IMG/VR virus record: IMGVR_UViG_3300048924_000100
Location: 124,001 to 188,000 of that record
Direction: 5' to 3' (one strand)
Length of the DNA: 64,000 nt
Shown here: positions 17,339-27,688 of the stretch, in pieces
Layout of the letters: each line of letters opens with the position of its first letter
How positions within the stretch are numbered: the stretch's first letter is position 1
Notes under the pieces: generated by a model
What the model was told of the DNA's origin: nothing
Databases searched by the model: none
What the model saw: the letters and a program-made list of their open reading frames with translations, nothing else
Position numbers and translations under genes: made by a program

Positions 17339-20269
17339 TTACACCGGACCCATGTTTACCATGGACACATCATGCGGCAAGAAGACGATGTCAATGTCTT
17401 CCTTAATCGACAACAACCCATCCGAACTCTGTTGCAGCAGTTTACGGATACTGAAGCCTGTCAGGTCATCAGCGTTACTGATTACGTCCACAGTACTGTC
17501 ACCTGCCAACGCACTCAGTTTAACCGCCACCACTTCCCTGGAGGTCCCGTCTTTCAACTGGGTTACCAGGTCGTTGACACTGAATGTCTTAGCCCCGAAC
17601 AGACCTTCGTTAAGCGTCTGAGGAGTACTGGCCTCCAGCGAGTCCTTCAGGCTTGGGTTCTTCATGCCTGCCATGGTCAGGTAATAGGTAACCACGAAGC
17701 TCAAGTCTTGACGCAGATAACTGGTGTAGTTGCTGTTGACCACTACCTTCTGATAACCCAGCTTGTTGCGCGGCTGGTAAACCAGGCTGGTCTGATCAAG
17801 TGCAGACGATGCAAAGTAAGCCATGTCCTGACTGATCACATCCACGAAGTAGTCTTTGGTCTCTTGAGCAAACTGCACGTCATACGCATCATGACTGAAG
17901 TAGTAGGCACCATCAAACCCGATGAAGTCCCAGTGGTACAGCAAGTCACGCGGGGCTACAGTGATGTAGTTACCCTGACCATCCAACTGGTAGTCGTCCT
18001 TGGTGTATTCCAACATGACACGAGGAGGTACGTTGTTATCGTACATCATGTCACCTGCCTGGTGCTCTACCTGCGCTACACCGTCAATGAAGATGATCTC
18101 CCCATTGGTGTCACGCTTGTAAAGGGTTTCCAGGAAGCGCAGCGGAACATCCACACCATACTTCTTGTACTGTGCCTCACCCACCAACGGACGGATACGG
18201 CTGTACAGGTTACCCATCTTCTTGCCAATCGTTACCGCGTACTGGGTTTCGATAATGGCAACCATAGGTACACTGAACAGGCTCTGGTCGATCTTGCGAT
18301 CCGAGTCAGTACCTGTGTTAGCCTTATCACCCTGGAAGGTGAAGATGAACGTCATGTCCAGATCCAGAGGCACACCCGTTGTAGACTGGGTACTACCGAA
18401 CTGGCTGAAGTTGGTGAAGTAGATCACGTCGTTGACGTCTACGTCGAAGCGGCTGTCCAGAGTGAACTGCCAGATACGCTCACCATCCTCAGTAAGGCCG
18501 TACAGGGTCCCCGCTATGCTCGCCAGGCTGTTGGTGTCTTCAGGCTGTACCGACAGCTGGACACCCAGTGTGGAGTCGTCCAGTTCCTGATAGCTCTTAC
18601 CAGAAGCAGTAACCACCGTGATCAGGTAACCGTTGTCGTTCTGCTCAATAGCCACAGAACCCACACCCACATCAATACCCAGCGTGCCGTTGGCATCTTG
18701 GAACGTCTGGCTCTTGAACTTAGGTGCATCCAGGTGATAGGTGCGCAACACCGCTTGGGTGTTGGTCAGGTCCATCACATAGTAGAACGGTGTATACACC
18801 AACGTAGTGCCAGCAATCAGGTCAACCTTGCCTTCGTTGCTTTTGGCTTCGAAGCTGTTCTTGGTCACCTGGTTGATCAGCACCGTACTTGGCTGACTGA
18901 TGTCGAACAGGACGTTATGCGGGATGGTAATACGCGGACCGTTGTCGATCACCACACCGCTACCGATCAGGCTGTTAACCGAAGCCAGGTAGCTACCCAC
19001 GAAACACGCCATAGGGGCGAACAGCTTCTTGTTGTCCTGGATCCGAAGTTCCTTGGTCACCGAGTAGCTACGCTTGGTCATGTAGTCGATAGTTTTAACC
19101 GAGTTGTAACCGTAGTTCTCCACGGTACCAACCAGGTTGTTTTCAGTGATCGGCAGATTACGCTGACGACGACCCGAGATAAAGGAAGCCTTCATCTGAG
19201 CGAATGGAATAGCGTTGCTACCACCCGACGTAGGCGTCATTGCCATCCATGCCATACCACCCGACGACTTCAGGGCGCTGGAGTAAGGACCCAGGGTCCC
19301 TGCACCAAAGCGATAGTCCTGGTAGTTAACGCCCACATCACCGATTGCTGTTTGGGTGAAGTCTTTCAGCAACTCACCCTTGGTGGTGTAGGTGTAGATG
19401 TCAACTGTGCCGACACCCAGGCCGTTGGCGATATAGACGTCAGGAATCTTGAAGTTGAACTGCTGGTTGCTAACATCCAGGCTCAACGCCAAGGTAACCG
19501 TATTCGGATCGAACACGTCCTGGTCATAGCTCACCAGCATCTCGCTCTTGACACCACCGACTGTCTGGAACGCCCGCACGGAGTACAGGTAGTCAGCGAA
19601 GACGATATTACCACTGCAACCCGAACTCTGGTTAGACGTCAGGTTCTCAGTAGGCAGGCAAGATAACTGACGGCACGGGATGGTGATGGTCAGGTAGCCG
19701 TTCGGCGTAACACGACGGTCCAGCAGGTTGTTGGAGATTGGGTTCAGAGGACTGTTGGTCGAGTCGTCGTAAACCACCTGGTAACCTGTTTGCTCGCTGT
19801 AACGGATTTCAATACCGTTCTCGATTGCAAAGGTATAACCGCCGAAGGTCAATTCACTGTCTTTAGGCAACAGCAGCATCTTGTATGTAAAGGTGCTCTT
19901 ACCCAGGGTTACCGTCACATCCTTGGCCAGGCTGGCGTACGTCTGAGTGCTGATCGCGTATTGCAGGTCCATGATCGACGGCGTGCCGAACATACCAACC
20001 TGCTCTTCCTCGGACATGTGACGGCTGAGGTCAGCGGTCGTACGAGCGTGAGCAGGGAACAGCTTAGCGATGCTGTCGTCGATCCGGTTAAGGATACCGT
20101 ATGCAGTACCGAGGATAATGTCAGTACCGAAGACAAACGGGTGAGTCTTGCTGTTGAGCTTTACCGAGCGACCGAAGTAATCATTTTCGATCTGGTTAAC
20201 AACCCGGTTAACCCCGCGGATGGGGTTGTTGGCTAGCGCTATCAATTCGCTTTGAGTAATGTCGGCCAT
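17339..20269 (-). CDS. Large virion structural protein, probable baseplate component (phiKZ gp87-like)
   Basis: 976 aa, beta-rich; position next to the gp88/gp89/gp90-like genes. Confidence 0.6.
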   Translation of the reverse strand: MADITQSELIALANNPIRGVNRVVNQIENDYFGRSVKLNSKTHPFVFGTDIILGTAYGILNRIDDSIAKLFPAHARTTADLSRHMSEEEQVGMFGTPSIMDLQYAISTQTYASLAKDVTVTLGKSTFTYKMLLLPKDSELTFGGYTFAIENGIEIRYSEQTGYQVVYDDSTNSPLNPISNNLLDRRVTPNGYLTITIPCRQLSCLPTENLTSNQSSGCSGNIVFADYLYSVRAFQTVGGVKSEMLVSYDQDVFDPNTVTLALSLDVSNQQFNFKIPDVYIANGLGVGTVDIYTYTTKGELLKDFTQTAIGDVGVNYQDYRFGAGTLGPYSSALKSSGGMAWMAMTPTSGGSNAIPFAQMKASFISGRRQRNLPITENNLVGTVENYGYNSVKTIDYMTKRSYSVTKELRIQDNKKLFAPMACFVGSYLASVNSLIGSGVVIDNGPRITIPHNVLFDISQPSTVLINQVTKNSFEAKSNEGKVDLIAGTTLVYTPFYYVMDLTNTQAVLRTYHLDAPKFKSQTFQDANGTLGIDVGVGSVAIEQNDNGYLITVVTASGKSYQELDDSTLGVQLSVQPEDTNSLASIAGTLYGLTEDGERIWQFTLDSRFDVDVNDVIYFTNFSQFGSTQSTTGVPLDLDMTFIFTFQGDKANTGTDSDRKIDQSLFSVPMVAIIETQYAVTIGKKMGNLYSRIRPLVGEAQYKKYGVDVPLRFLETLYKRDTNGEIIFIDGVAQVEHQAGDMMYDNNVPPRVMLEYTKDDYQLDGQGNYITVAPRDLLYHWDFIGFDGAYYFSHDAYDVQFAQETKDYFVDVISQDMAYFASSALDQTSLVYQPRNKLGYQKVVVNSNYTSYLRQDLSFVVTYYLTMAGMKNPSLKDSLEASTPQTLNEGLFGAKTFSVNDLVTQLKDGTSREVVAVKLSALAGDSTVDVISNADDLTGFSIRKLLQQSSDGLLSIKEDIDIVFLPHDVSMVNMGPV

Positions 20270-21346
20270 TTACTTATTGCCCCAGTATTCCATTTCCATC
20301 GAGTTCAGGTTGATCCAGGGATAACACAACGCGTAGTTCGCTGCGTAATACTCACTGAACTTCAACTTACGGTAGTTGTTGTCCCGAACACTTGGGTTCA
20401 TGTTTGGATTGAAGAACAACGTGGTACGGTTAAACATGTCCGCAACACGCAGGTTGTTGTAACGGAAGATCACACTTGGGAAGTTGATCTCTACTTCGTC
20501 TTGCCCTTGGCCACGCAAACTGTTCTGCGTACGGTCGATGGTACTGAAAGCACCCGACGGATAGGTGTTAGGCCAGGAGTAGCCGTTGCAGTAGATCCCT
20601 TCGATACTGCGCATGTTCTTGTTCATGATGATGTGATAGACACGCATGTCATAATCGCGGTAGTTCTGAATCAAGGCATCCGCGTACGGCTCCATGCCTT
20701 CGTCACCCAGCGTCACCGCTTCGATGTAATGGTTCCACACGTCGAAGATAAACGGGACGATACCCGGCTTGGTGTTGTGGAAGGTCAACCGCATCTCGTA
20801 GTCGTAGTTAACCTTCAGAATCCCGTTGGGGTACTGATAGACTTCCTTACGAATACCCGGAGTAGATTTCTCCACTGGCATGGTGACGTCAGGGAAACCC
20901 GAGGACACCTTAACCAGGTTGGTCAAACAGGCCATCCACGGATAGAGTGGATCGAGCATGGAACTGTTACCGCTGTTGGCTCTTCCCCACACCGGATCCA
21001 GCAACCCCTTAACGTAATGTTGTAGGGTATTTCGATCAGGGTTATATAACGGCAACATTTGTGGGTGAAGTATCACGTTTTCATCGGATAAGTTCAACAA
21101 CGGCCGGTTAATAAAGACTAATCCTATGGTGTCGTCGGGGATGGGAGCCAACTGGTTCCCAGGGCCTAGAATTCGTACCCCTTTCAACATGTTGATCAGA
21201 GCGCTAGAGTAACCGGGTCCACCGTTTTCTCGGAACGCATACTCAAGCCAATCCTCATACGACTGGCCGGTCAGATCGCTTGCGGGTTCTTCATTCCCTG
21301 GGGTCTTGTCGTACCACCCGTTATACTGATTCGGATTATCTGCCAT
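20270..21346 (-). CDS. Virion structural protein (phiKZ gp88-like, tail/baseplate tube-like)
   Basis: Abuts 17339..20269; divergent from the inner-body genes. Start ATG 21346 (GGGAG RBS). Confidence 0.55.
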   Translation of the reverse strand: MADNPNQYNGWYDKTPGNEEPASDLTGQSYEDWLEYAFRENGGPGYSSALINMLKGVRILGPGNQLAPIPDDTIGLVFINRPLLNLSDENVILHPQMLPLYNPDRNTLQHYVKGLLDPVWGRANSGNSSMLDPLYPWMACLTNLVKVSSGFPDVTMPVEKSTPGIRKEVYQYPNGILKVNYDYEMRLTFHNTKPGIVPFIFDVWNHYIEAVTLGDEGMEPYADALIQNYRDYDMRVYHIIMNKNMRSIEGIYCNGYSWPNTYPSGAFSTIDRTQNSLRGQGQDEVEINFPSVIFRYNNLRVADMFNRTTLFFNPNMNPSVRDNNYRKLKFSEYYAANYALCYPWINLNSMEMEYWGNK

Positions 21347-21379
21347 TTCTCTGGCTCCCATTAATGAAGGAATTACAAA

Positions 21380-22501
21380 ATGATTGGCAACTTTCTAGGT
21401 TTGGGGTCTTACCTGCTGGACGTCGCAGCTAAGTTTTATCCCGATAGCAAAGACATAAACTCCGCCGCCAAGGTGGCGGGCCAGGTTCAACGTTCATACA
21501 ATGTGGTCTCGACCACCTCGGTGCATGAGAGTGCTAACCGCGCCATCATTGCTCCAATGGTAGGGATCGAACAAGGTCTTCTGCATCAAGAATTCATGAC
21601 AGACCTCATGCAGATCATTATGCTGCGTGACGTGGTTGCCACCCTGACTCACTTGGCGCTGGAAGGCACCGTGGCAATGGGTGTGCAGATCAAGGATGTC
21701 ATCGGTTCGATCAACCCGAACCGTGCCGGCATGTTGGCGCTCCAGGGCTGCGAAGCCTACGACAATAACATCCCGAACGGCGACAAGGCCGACAAAGAAG
21801 ACAAGGAAGACAAGAAACCCGACCAACACTTCGTCCAGGTTGGCGGCAAATCCATGCCAGACCTGAACGAGTACACTCCGCTGGCCGTGGGTAAAGTGGT
21901 TAACGCCACCCTCACCACCGAGCGTGGTAACAAGATCGACTTCCCGCTGACCTTCCGTCAGATCCCGGTCCCAATGTCGTTCAAAGATCTGAAGCGTACC
22001 TTCTCGGCCGCCAAGATCGAAGAAGGCTTCTTTGCTCGCCTGACCATGGCGAAGACCCGTGAGATCACTTACCCTGAATTCCTCAGCGGCAAGGACATCA
22101 TCAAAGAACGCTTCAACATCAAGAACGAAGAGATGTCGGGCTACTACAAAGAAGCCCTGCGTCGTGAAACCGGCAACAAGCTTACCGCCGTGCGTACTGG
22201 CGTGGTCAGCTTCAACAGCCTGGCGAACTCGTTCATCATCTCCCAGGAATCGGCTACCCAGCTGGAACTGGACCTCGGCAAACGTTTCCGCGACCCACGG
22301 TCCCGTGAAGGCATCTTCAAGGCTGTAGTGGCGAACACCATCGTGGTCTGCAACGAAGACCGCGGCATCTACACCTTCTACACCCACGGTAGCGACATGC
22401 CTGAGGTTTACACCCGCAAGGACATCGCTGTTAAATCCAAGAAAGATTCCGGCTCCAACACTCTGGCGGATCTGGTCAAGTTGCTTAACGGAGGCATGTG
22501 A
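21380..22501 (+). CDS. Inner-body/head protein (phiKZ gp89-like)
   Basis: AAGGA RBS, internal QGCE site followed by an acidic/basic linker; synteny. Confidence 0.65.
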   Translation: MIGNFLGLGSYLLDVAAKFYPDSKDINSAAKVAGQVQRSYNVVSTTSVHESANRAIIAPMVGIEQGLLHQEFMTDLMQIIMLRDVVATLTHLALEGTVAMGVQIKDVIGSINPNRAGMLALQGCEAYDNNIPNGDKADKEDKEDKKPDQHFVQVGGKSMPDLNEYTPLAVGKVVNATLTTERGNKIDFPLTFRQIPVPMSFKDLKRTFSAAKIEEGFFARLTMAKTREITYPEFLSGKDIIKERFNIKNEEMSGYYKEALRRETGNKLTAVRTGVVSFNSLANSFIISQESATQLELDLGKRFRDPRSREGIFKAVVANTIVVCNEDRGIYTFYTHGSDMPEVYTRKDIAVKSKKDSGSNTLADLVKLLNGGM

Positions 22502-23382
22502 TGGATATTTTCTCCTACATCGGGAAAGTAAAGGCAGTAAAGAAGAATGAAATCCTGTCTGCTATCCTGAACATCAAGGTAGCGGGCGACGACCTCAAGG
22601 CCGGTCTGGAAAACCTCCAGAGCAACGACATCGACCTGAGCGATCAGATTGAGCACTGGGTCATTACCAAGAGCCTGAAGAAAGCAGTAACGGCGCAGGG
22701 CTTCGGTGGTGCTGATCTGGTGGGCGTTAGCAAGCATGGTCTGGGCGCTATCGATGCGCTGACCACTGAGCTGACCAAGGCCGTGAACAGCTACAAGGAA
22801 AGCCTGTGGGACGGTCACACCATGACTGTTAAACAAGCCAACCTGCTGAACGTCATCGAGTACCTGAACTTCTGGCTGCGTTACACCCGCATGGTCTACG
22901 ATGTACTGCTGACCATGAACAACCAGAAAGTCGACCCAACCCGTTACCTGAACGGCGTTGACCTGCGCTGGATCAACGGTACTGCCTCGTTCTACAACAA
23001 CTTCACCATCGACCTGCTGCGCGGTGCAGCAACGATCATGAAGAACATGAACGACCTGCCGGACATCGAAGTCACTCAGACCTCGCTGGACGTCATGGAA
23101 AGCACCGGCGGTAAGGGTAAAGTTGACCTGTTGCAAAAGGGCTTCGGCATCCACCTGGTTAACCCGCTGTTCTGGCTGGGTGTTGGTATCAGCAAGCTCC
23201 AGGGTGTTCGTATCGAGCGCATGCGCCGTGACAACGAATACTTCGCTATGAAGATCTCGCAAGCGATCAACAAGCGCAACGGCACGAATGACCCTGAACT
23301 CGATCGTCGTATCGAGATCTATCAGGACAAGATCATTCGCAACGACCACACCATTTCCGAGATCGAGGCCGACTATGCCTGA
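22498..23382 (+). CDS. Inner-body/head protein (phiKZ gp90-like)
   Basis: GGAGG RBS, ATGA overlap; C-terminal GIHLVNPLFWLG followed by a coiled coil; synteny. Confidence 0.65.
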   Translation: MMDIFSYIGKVKAVKKNEILSAILNIKVAGDDLKAGLENLQSNDIDLSDQIEHWVITKSLKKAVTAQGFGGADLVGVSKHGLGAIDALTTELTKAVNSYKESLWDGHTMTVKQANLLNVIEYLNFWLRYTRMVYDVLLTMNNQKVDPTRYLNGVDLRWINGTASFYNNFTIDLLRGAATIMKNMNDLPDIEVTQTSLDVMESTGGKGKVDLLQKGFGIHLVNPLFWLGVGISKLQGVRIERMRRDNEYFAMKISQAINKRNGTNDPELDRRIEIYQDKIIRNDHTISEIEADYA

Positions 23383-23893
23383 ATTCCGCCGGGGTAACAA
23401 CGGGTACGTCAGCGCTCACCTCGGTGATGGCGAGCTGGCGGCGATGTTCAAGAACCTCAAGTACCTCCGTCAGGATGCGTACCAGGACTTCGCGTTGATC
23501 ATGAAAGGCGACGTCACCATCGAAACCCTGCGTGAAGTGAAGGCCCTTACCGGCACCTCTTTCGCAGGGTGGATGGAAGTCAACTTCGACAGTGGCAAAG
23601 GGCCATTGGCTGACCTGGTCCGTGACATCATTCATTACTTGAATGGTCGTTGTGGTCATCGTCAGTTGATCACCTCGGTGGGTATCCAGGAGAACAAACT
23701 CGTGGATGCCAACACCACCCGTTACGGAACATACACCCCCACCACTCGCTCAGGCGGCCATGCGGCTTTCTTGCAGGATGGGGACACGGTCTTTGACAAC
23801 GACCTCTATCGTCTCATGGCTGGCGTAGGAGCGGGCGTCGTAGGGCGCATCTTCCTGCTCCTCGGAGGAGAGTCCTACTATGGGCCAAATTAA
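23375..23893 (+). CDS. Conserved hypothetical, probable virion protein (172 aa, phiKZ gp91-like)
   Basis: Start moved to ATG 23375 (GAGG RBS), overlapping the upstream stop. Confidence 0.65.
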   Translation: MPEFRRGNNGYVSAHLGDGELAAMFKNLKYLRQDAYQDFALIMKGDVTIETLREVKALTGTSFAGWMEVNFDSGKGPLADLVRDIIHYLNGRCGHRQLITSVGIQENKLVDANTTRYGTYTPTTRSGGHAAFLQDGDTVFDNDLYRLMAGVGAGVVGRIFLLLGGESYYGPN

Positions 23894-25193
23894 CCAACAG
23901 CTACAGTTGGCGGCTGAAATGGCGGCAATCTCTGCGGTTAAGTCTGCTGAGATTGTTAGCCTGGCTAAAGACACCGGTGACCTCGATCGTTTCCAGAACC
24001 GTTTGGAAGACTCTCGAGACCGTGTCAACATGGTGAAGGCGGTGCTGGAAGGCTCTGAACCGCATCATGTCACGCCAGAGCTGGCTAACGCCATGGATGC
24101 CTCCCTGGCACGCTCCAATGTCGACATTCCTCCTGCAAGCGGCTTGGACGCTGTAGAAGGCGCGGAAGCACTCGGACGCACTCTGATGCCGGAAGATTAC
24201 CTCATGACCCGCCTGATGGGCTGTGAGAGCTTCCTGGCTGACTTCTTCCGTAAGTCCAAGGAAGTGGTTGTTCGCATCGACGTTGGCTTTAAAGAAGCTT
24301 ACATCGTGTTCACGCAGAACCAGGACAGTCTGCTGGAAGCGGTAGAGGCCCTGGAACACGGGATCGACGCCACTCCCAAGTTCGATGAGAACCGTGAATA
24401 CCTGTTGCTGGGTGCTCGTCTGTTTAACCTGTTCAAGGTAAACGGTCAGATCAGCGGCGACTGGACAGGTGACGTCAGCAAGCTGAGTCGCACTATCTCG
24501 GCTCTGAGTTCCAACTACTACCTGAACAGCAAAAACAACATGAATGCAGTCCTGAGCTATTTCGGCGGGTTTGCAGGCATGGATCAGGCTCTGGGGTTGG
24601 ATCGCTACCTGTCGCTGCCTTCTGCGCTGCCGTCGACGCCGTTCAAGGAATGCAACAAGCCTAACAAAGACTTCACCACTGGTCGTGTTACAGCGAAGCA
24701 GTCGGTTGAGTTGATGGGCGGTGCTTACTTCATTGACATCCGTCAGACCAAGCCGAACTACCGCATGCATACGGCGGAAGATGTCGAGCAGTTCCTCCAG
24801 ATCTACCTCAATGAGGAAATGACTGGTTTCGAGAACAGCTCCGAGATCGTCTATCCGAAGCTCGGTAACGAAGTGAAGAGTCTTTCTTCTCAGCAGATCA
24901 AGGTGATTGCGAAACACCTGAAAGAACTGTTGAAGGAATGGAGCAAGGTCTTCGAAGCCGGCGATAAGTTCAAGCTTACGGACAACGATTACAACGATGT
25001 TGCCAAGGGCATCTACGAGTCGCAGATGGATGACGATCTGAAGGATAAAGTCCTGACGGCGTTCTCGCAGATCGTGCGCAAGAACCAGATGGAGCTGCTC
25101 GCACTGCGGGCTACCCTGACCAGCTACCTGACCCTGGTGATTCACGGCTTGATTGAGCTGTCGAACCTCTCGGTTAAGGCCAACACTCCGTAA
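23880..25193 (+). CDS. Head protein (phiKZ gp92-like)
   Basis: GGAG RBS; propeptide with EGAE and MGCE sites followed by SFLADFFRKSKEVVVRI. Confidence 0.65.
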   Translation: MGQINQQLQLAAEMAAISAVKSAEIVSLAKDTGDLDRFQNRLEDSRDRVNMVKAVLEGSEPHHVTPELANAMDASLARSNVDIPPASGLDAVEGAEALGRTLMPEDYLMTRLMGCESFLADFFRKSKEVVVRIDVGFKEAYIVFTQNQDSLLEAVEALEHGIDATPKFDENREYLLLGARLFNLFKVNGQISGDWTGDVSKLSRTISALSSNYYLNSKNNMNAVLSYFGGFAGMDQALGLDRYLSLPSALPSTPFKECNKPNKDFTTGRVTAKQSVELMGGAYFIDIRQTKPNYRMHTAEDVEQFLQIYLNEEMTGFENSSEIVYPKLGNEVKSLSSQQIKVIAKHLKELLKEWSKVFEAGDKFKLTDNDYNDVAKGIYESQMDDDLKDKVLTAFSQIVRKNQMELLALRATLTSYLTLVIHGLIELSNLSVKANTP

Positions 25194-25212
25194 GGAGCAA
25201 AGGAGTCTGGTT

Positions 25213-26223
25213 ATGAGTACGAAGCAGCTGTATCGCAACTGCCTGGAGAATCGGCTCGAGTCTGTGACCACCGAGAACGAACTCTGGGTAGTGGGTCGTC
25301 AACTGATCGCTGCCCCTAACCGGGTAACGGTTCGTGTTGATGGCAACGAAGAGTTCATGGATAACGTCAAGGAGTTAGGCTCTGGTCTGCTCTCGGCTAG
25401 CAAATGGGTAGGTGGTAAAACTATCGACCTGTTCGGCAAGGCCCTTGGCGCTGCTGGTTCTGGGTTGTATCGCGCTTTCAGTGACAACGATACTTTGATT
25501 CGCAAGCTGATGCAGAACTTCAGCAAGGTCGAAGATCATGAGCTGGAACTCAGTAAAACCACGATTGCCCTGTTGACTGCTAATGGTGACATTGGCCATA
25601 TTGGGCATGATATGGACACTTTGCTGAGTGCGTTGGATTCGCTGGACAAGCACAGCAAAGATATTCTGAGTTACCTGGACAAGCAACTTCTCGTTGCCCG
25701 CAAACTCAAGGGGGTCTCCTCTGCTGAAAACATCTTCGCTATCGTGGAGGAGTTCGAGGCGGTTAAGTACCCTACGTTCAAGCTGCCGCATTCAAAGGGC
25801 ACTTCGACGTACTCGGATACCCTGCCAGGTGGCAAGGTCTGGGAATGCGTGTACGGTGATGGCGCCAGCCCGAAATATGTTATAGGTGGAGACGCACCTG
25901 CTGAGGCTGGGTCCTCTGTGACGTTGTCCAAGTCTGAGGTCAGTGCAATCCTGACCAAACTGGACAAAATCAACTCTATGCACAAACGCTTGAAATCGTC
26001 CTACGACGGCTACTTGAGCTTTATCAAGAGCTGGGGTGAGATGGTTAAGTCTGTCGACGCTAACCTGAGTAAGCTGGATAAGGTTAGCTCAAGCGCTATG
26101 TCAGAGGCTGAGAAACTCCTCGGCGGTGAGGCAAATGCCTTGGCATTCTATAGCGGATTCACTCCTCGGGTGGTCAGCTACACCGACAGGTACATTCATG
26201 GTGTGCTTGGTGTTTTCGCTTGA
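25213..26223 (+). CDS. Head/ejection family protein (336 aa)
   Basis: Start ATG 25213 (AGGAG RBS); DGNE site followed by an amphipathic helix. Confidence 0.65.
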   Translation: MSTKQLYRNCLENRLESVTTENELWVVGRQLIAAPNRVTVRVDGNEEFMDNVKELGSGLLSASKWVGGKTIDLFGKALGAAGSGLYRAFSDNDTLIRKLMQNFSKVEDHELELSKTTIALLTANGDIGHIGHDMDTLLSALDSLDKHSKDILSYLDKQLLVARKLKGVSSAENIFAIVEEFEAVKYPTFKLPHSKGTSTYSDTLPGGKVWECVYGDGASPKYVIGGDAPAEAGSSVTLSKSEVSAILTKLDKINSMHKRLKSSYDGYLSFIKSWGEMVKSVDANLSKLDKVSSSAMSEAEKLLGGEANALAFYSGFTPRVVSYTDRYIHGVLGVFA

Positions 26224-26275
26224 TGTTTAATTAAACACTCAAATTTCCTTCGTTAACGAAAAAGGATACAACGTA

Positions 26276-27547
26276 ATGAGCCTGAATCTTCTTGATATGT
26301 ACGCCGGTGCCGAAGAACTGGAACTGGAAGGTGGCGCTGGTGGCGCCGCAGTGGTTGACGCCGTTGAAGACGTCGTTAAAACCGAAATCGCCGAAGTGAC
26401 CGTCGCTATCGAAGAGCAATCCCAGCAGGTTGAACAGCTGGTTGCCAAGGTCGACGAGCTGGAAGAAGCCGTTGAAGAAGCGACTGAAGTCGTGGAAGGC
26501 ATGGAGTCGCTGATCAACTCCGGCAACTTCAACAGCCTGGCATTCGCCAACCTGTACAACCGCGGCGTGAAGCTCGGTAACAAGCTGGGCGCAAACATCG
26601 GCGGCGAGCGCATGGGCGCTGAGTCCATCACCGACGCTTCGACCGCTCAGATGTATGCTCGTCAGGGCATCGAAAGCATCATGGACTCCATCAAGGAATA
26701 CGGCCGTAAGGCTGTAGAGTTCATCAAGCACATCTTCAACACCGTCATCAACTTCTTCGTGTCGATCTTCGACAAGGCCGCGGCCATCGAGAAGCGTGCT
26801 GACCAGCTGAAGAAACGTCTGGAAGACGGCGCCAAGATCAAAGAGCAAGTTAAACTGGGCAGCTGGAACGTCTGGGTTGACTACGCCAAGAACGGTCTGG
26901 CCGGCGTTAAGCCAAAAGGCTTCGACGCTTCGCAGGGCGCTCTGGCCAAACTGACCGAGCTGGGCAAGAACGTCAACGGTATCGAACTGGAAGACTTCAA
27001 GTCGGCTTACAGCGGCGTGATCGCTGCCATCAAGTCTGACGCCAAGTCGGCTGGCAAGTACAACGAGAAGAAAGCTGGTACTCACGACGTGCTGATCGGC
27101 GTCTTGAACGGTATCCGCATCCAGGCTTCTTACATCGACAGCGACATCAAAACCATGGCCGACGCAGCTAACGCCGCTCGTTCCCTGAAGTTCGTTGTGA
27201 TGAAAGACCCGGAAGCCAAGAAACTGACCAGCGGTTCCGACGTCAAAGCCAAGGCCGACAAGTCTGCCCTGCTGAAAGAAATCGGCGAAATCCGTGCTAT
27301 CAGCAAGACCCTGCGCGAAGGCAAAGTGGCCAAAGCTTTCAGCGCTGCTGAACGCGACCGCGTGATCGGTTCCCTGAACGCGATCAAAGCTGGCGACAAC
27401 GACAAAGCGTCGGAAGTCAACGGCAAAGTGACCCTGGTTAAGGCAGTGTACAGCTCGACTTCGAGCGTCGGCACCAACCTGACCAAAGTCATCGTCAACG
27501 CTGCTGGCGCTGCGCTGGACTGCGTTGCGGCTCACATCTCCTTCTAA
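26276..27547 (+). CDS. Abundant inner-body/ejection protein (phiKZ gp93/95/97 family)
   Basis: Very strong codon bias; acidic propeptide with AGAE, MGAE and QGIE sites followed by SIMDSIKEYGRKAVEFIKHIFNTVINFF. Confidence 0.75.
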   Translation: MSLNLLDMYAGAEELELEGGAGGAAVVDAVEDVVKTEIAEVTVAIEEQSQQVEQLVAKVDELEEAVEEATEVVEGMESLINSGNFNSLAFANLYNRGVKLGNKLGANIGGERMGAESITDASTAQMYARQGIESIMDSIKEYGRKAVEFIKHIFNTVINFFVSIFDKAAAIEKRADQLKKRLEDGAKIKEQVKLGSWNVWVDYAKNGLAGVKPKGFDASQGALAKLTELGKNVNGIELEDFKSAYSGVIAAIKSDAKSAGKYNEKKAGTHDVLIGVLNGIRIQASYIDSDIKTMADAANAARSLKFVVMKDPEAKKLTSGSDVKAKADKSALLKEIGEIRAISKTLREGKVAKAFSAAERDRVIGSLNAIKAGDNDKASEVNGKVTLVKAVYSSTSSVGTNLTKVIVNAAGAALDCVAAHISF

Positions 27548-27581
27548 GGCGATGTTGCTGCGGCTGTAACACCGTAAGGTA

Positions 27582-27624
27582 GCTACTAAGGGCGAGCAAT
27601 CGCCCTTAGTAGTCTTATGGCTGC
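27582..27624 (+). terminator. GCAA-tetraloop hairpin plus TATGGCTGC
   Basis: GCTACTAAGGGCGA-GCAA-TCGCCCTTAGTAGT, then TATGGCTGC and a T-rich tract. Confidence 0.85.
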
Positions 27625-27688
27625 ATTTTGTTTTTTCAAGGGATGCTATAGGTTTTGCTACATATCCTTTTTAACAGGTACTTTTACC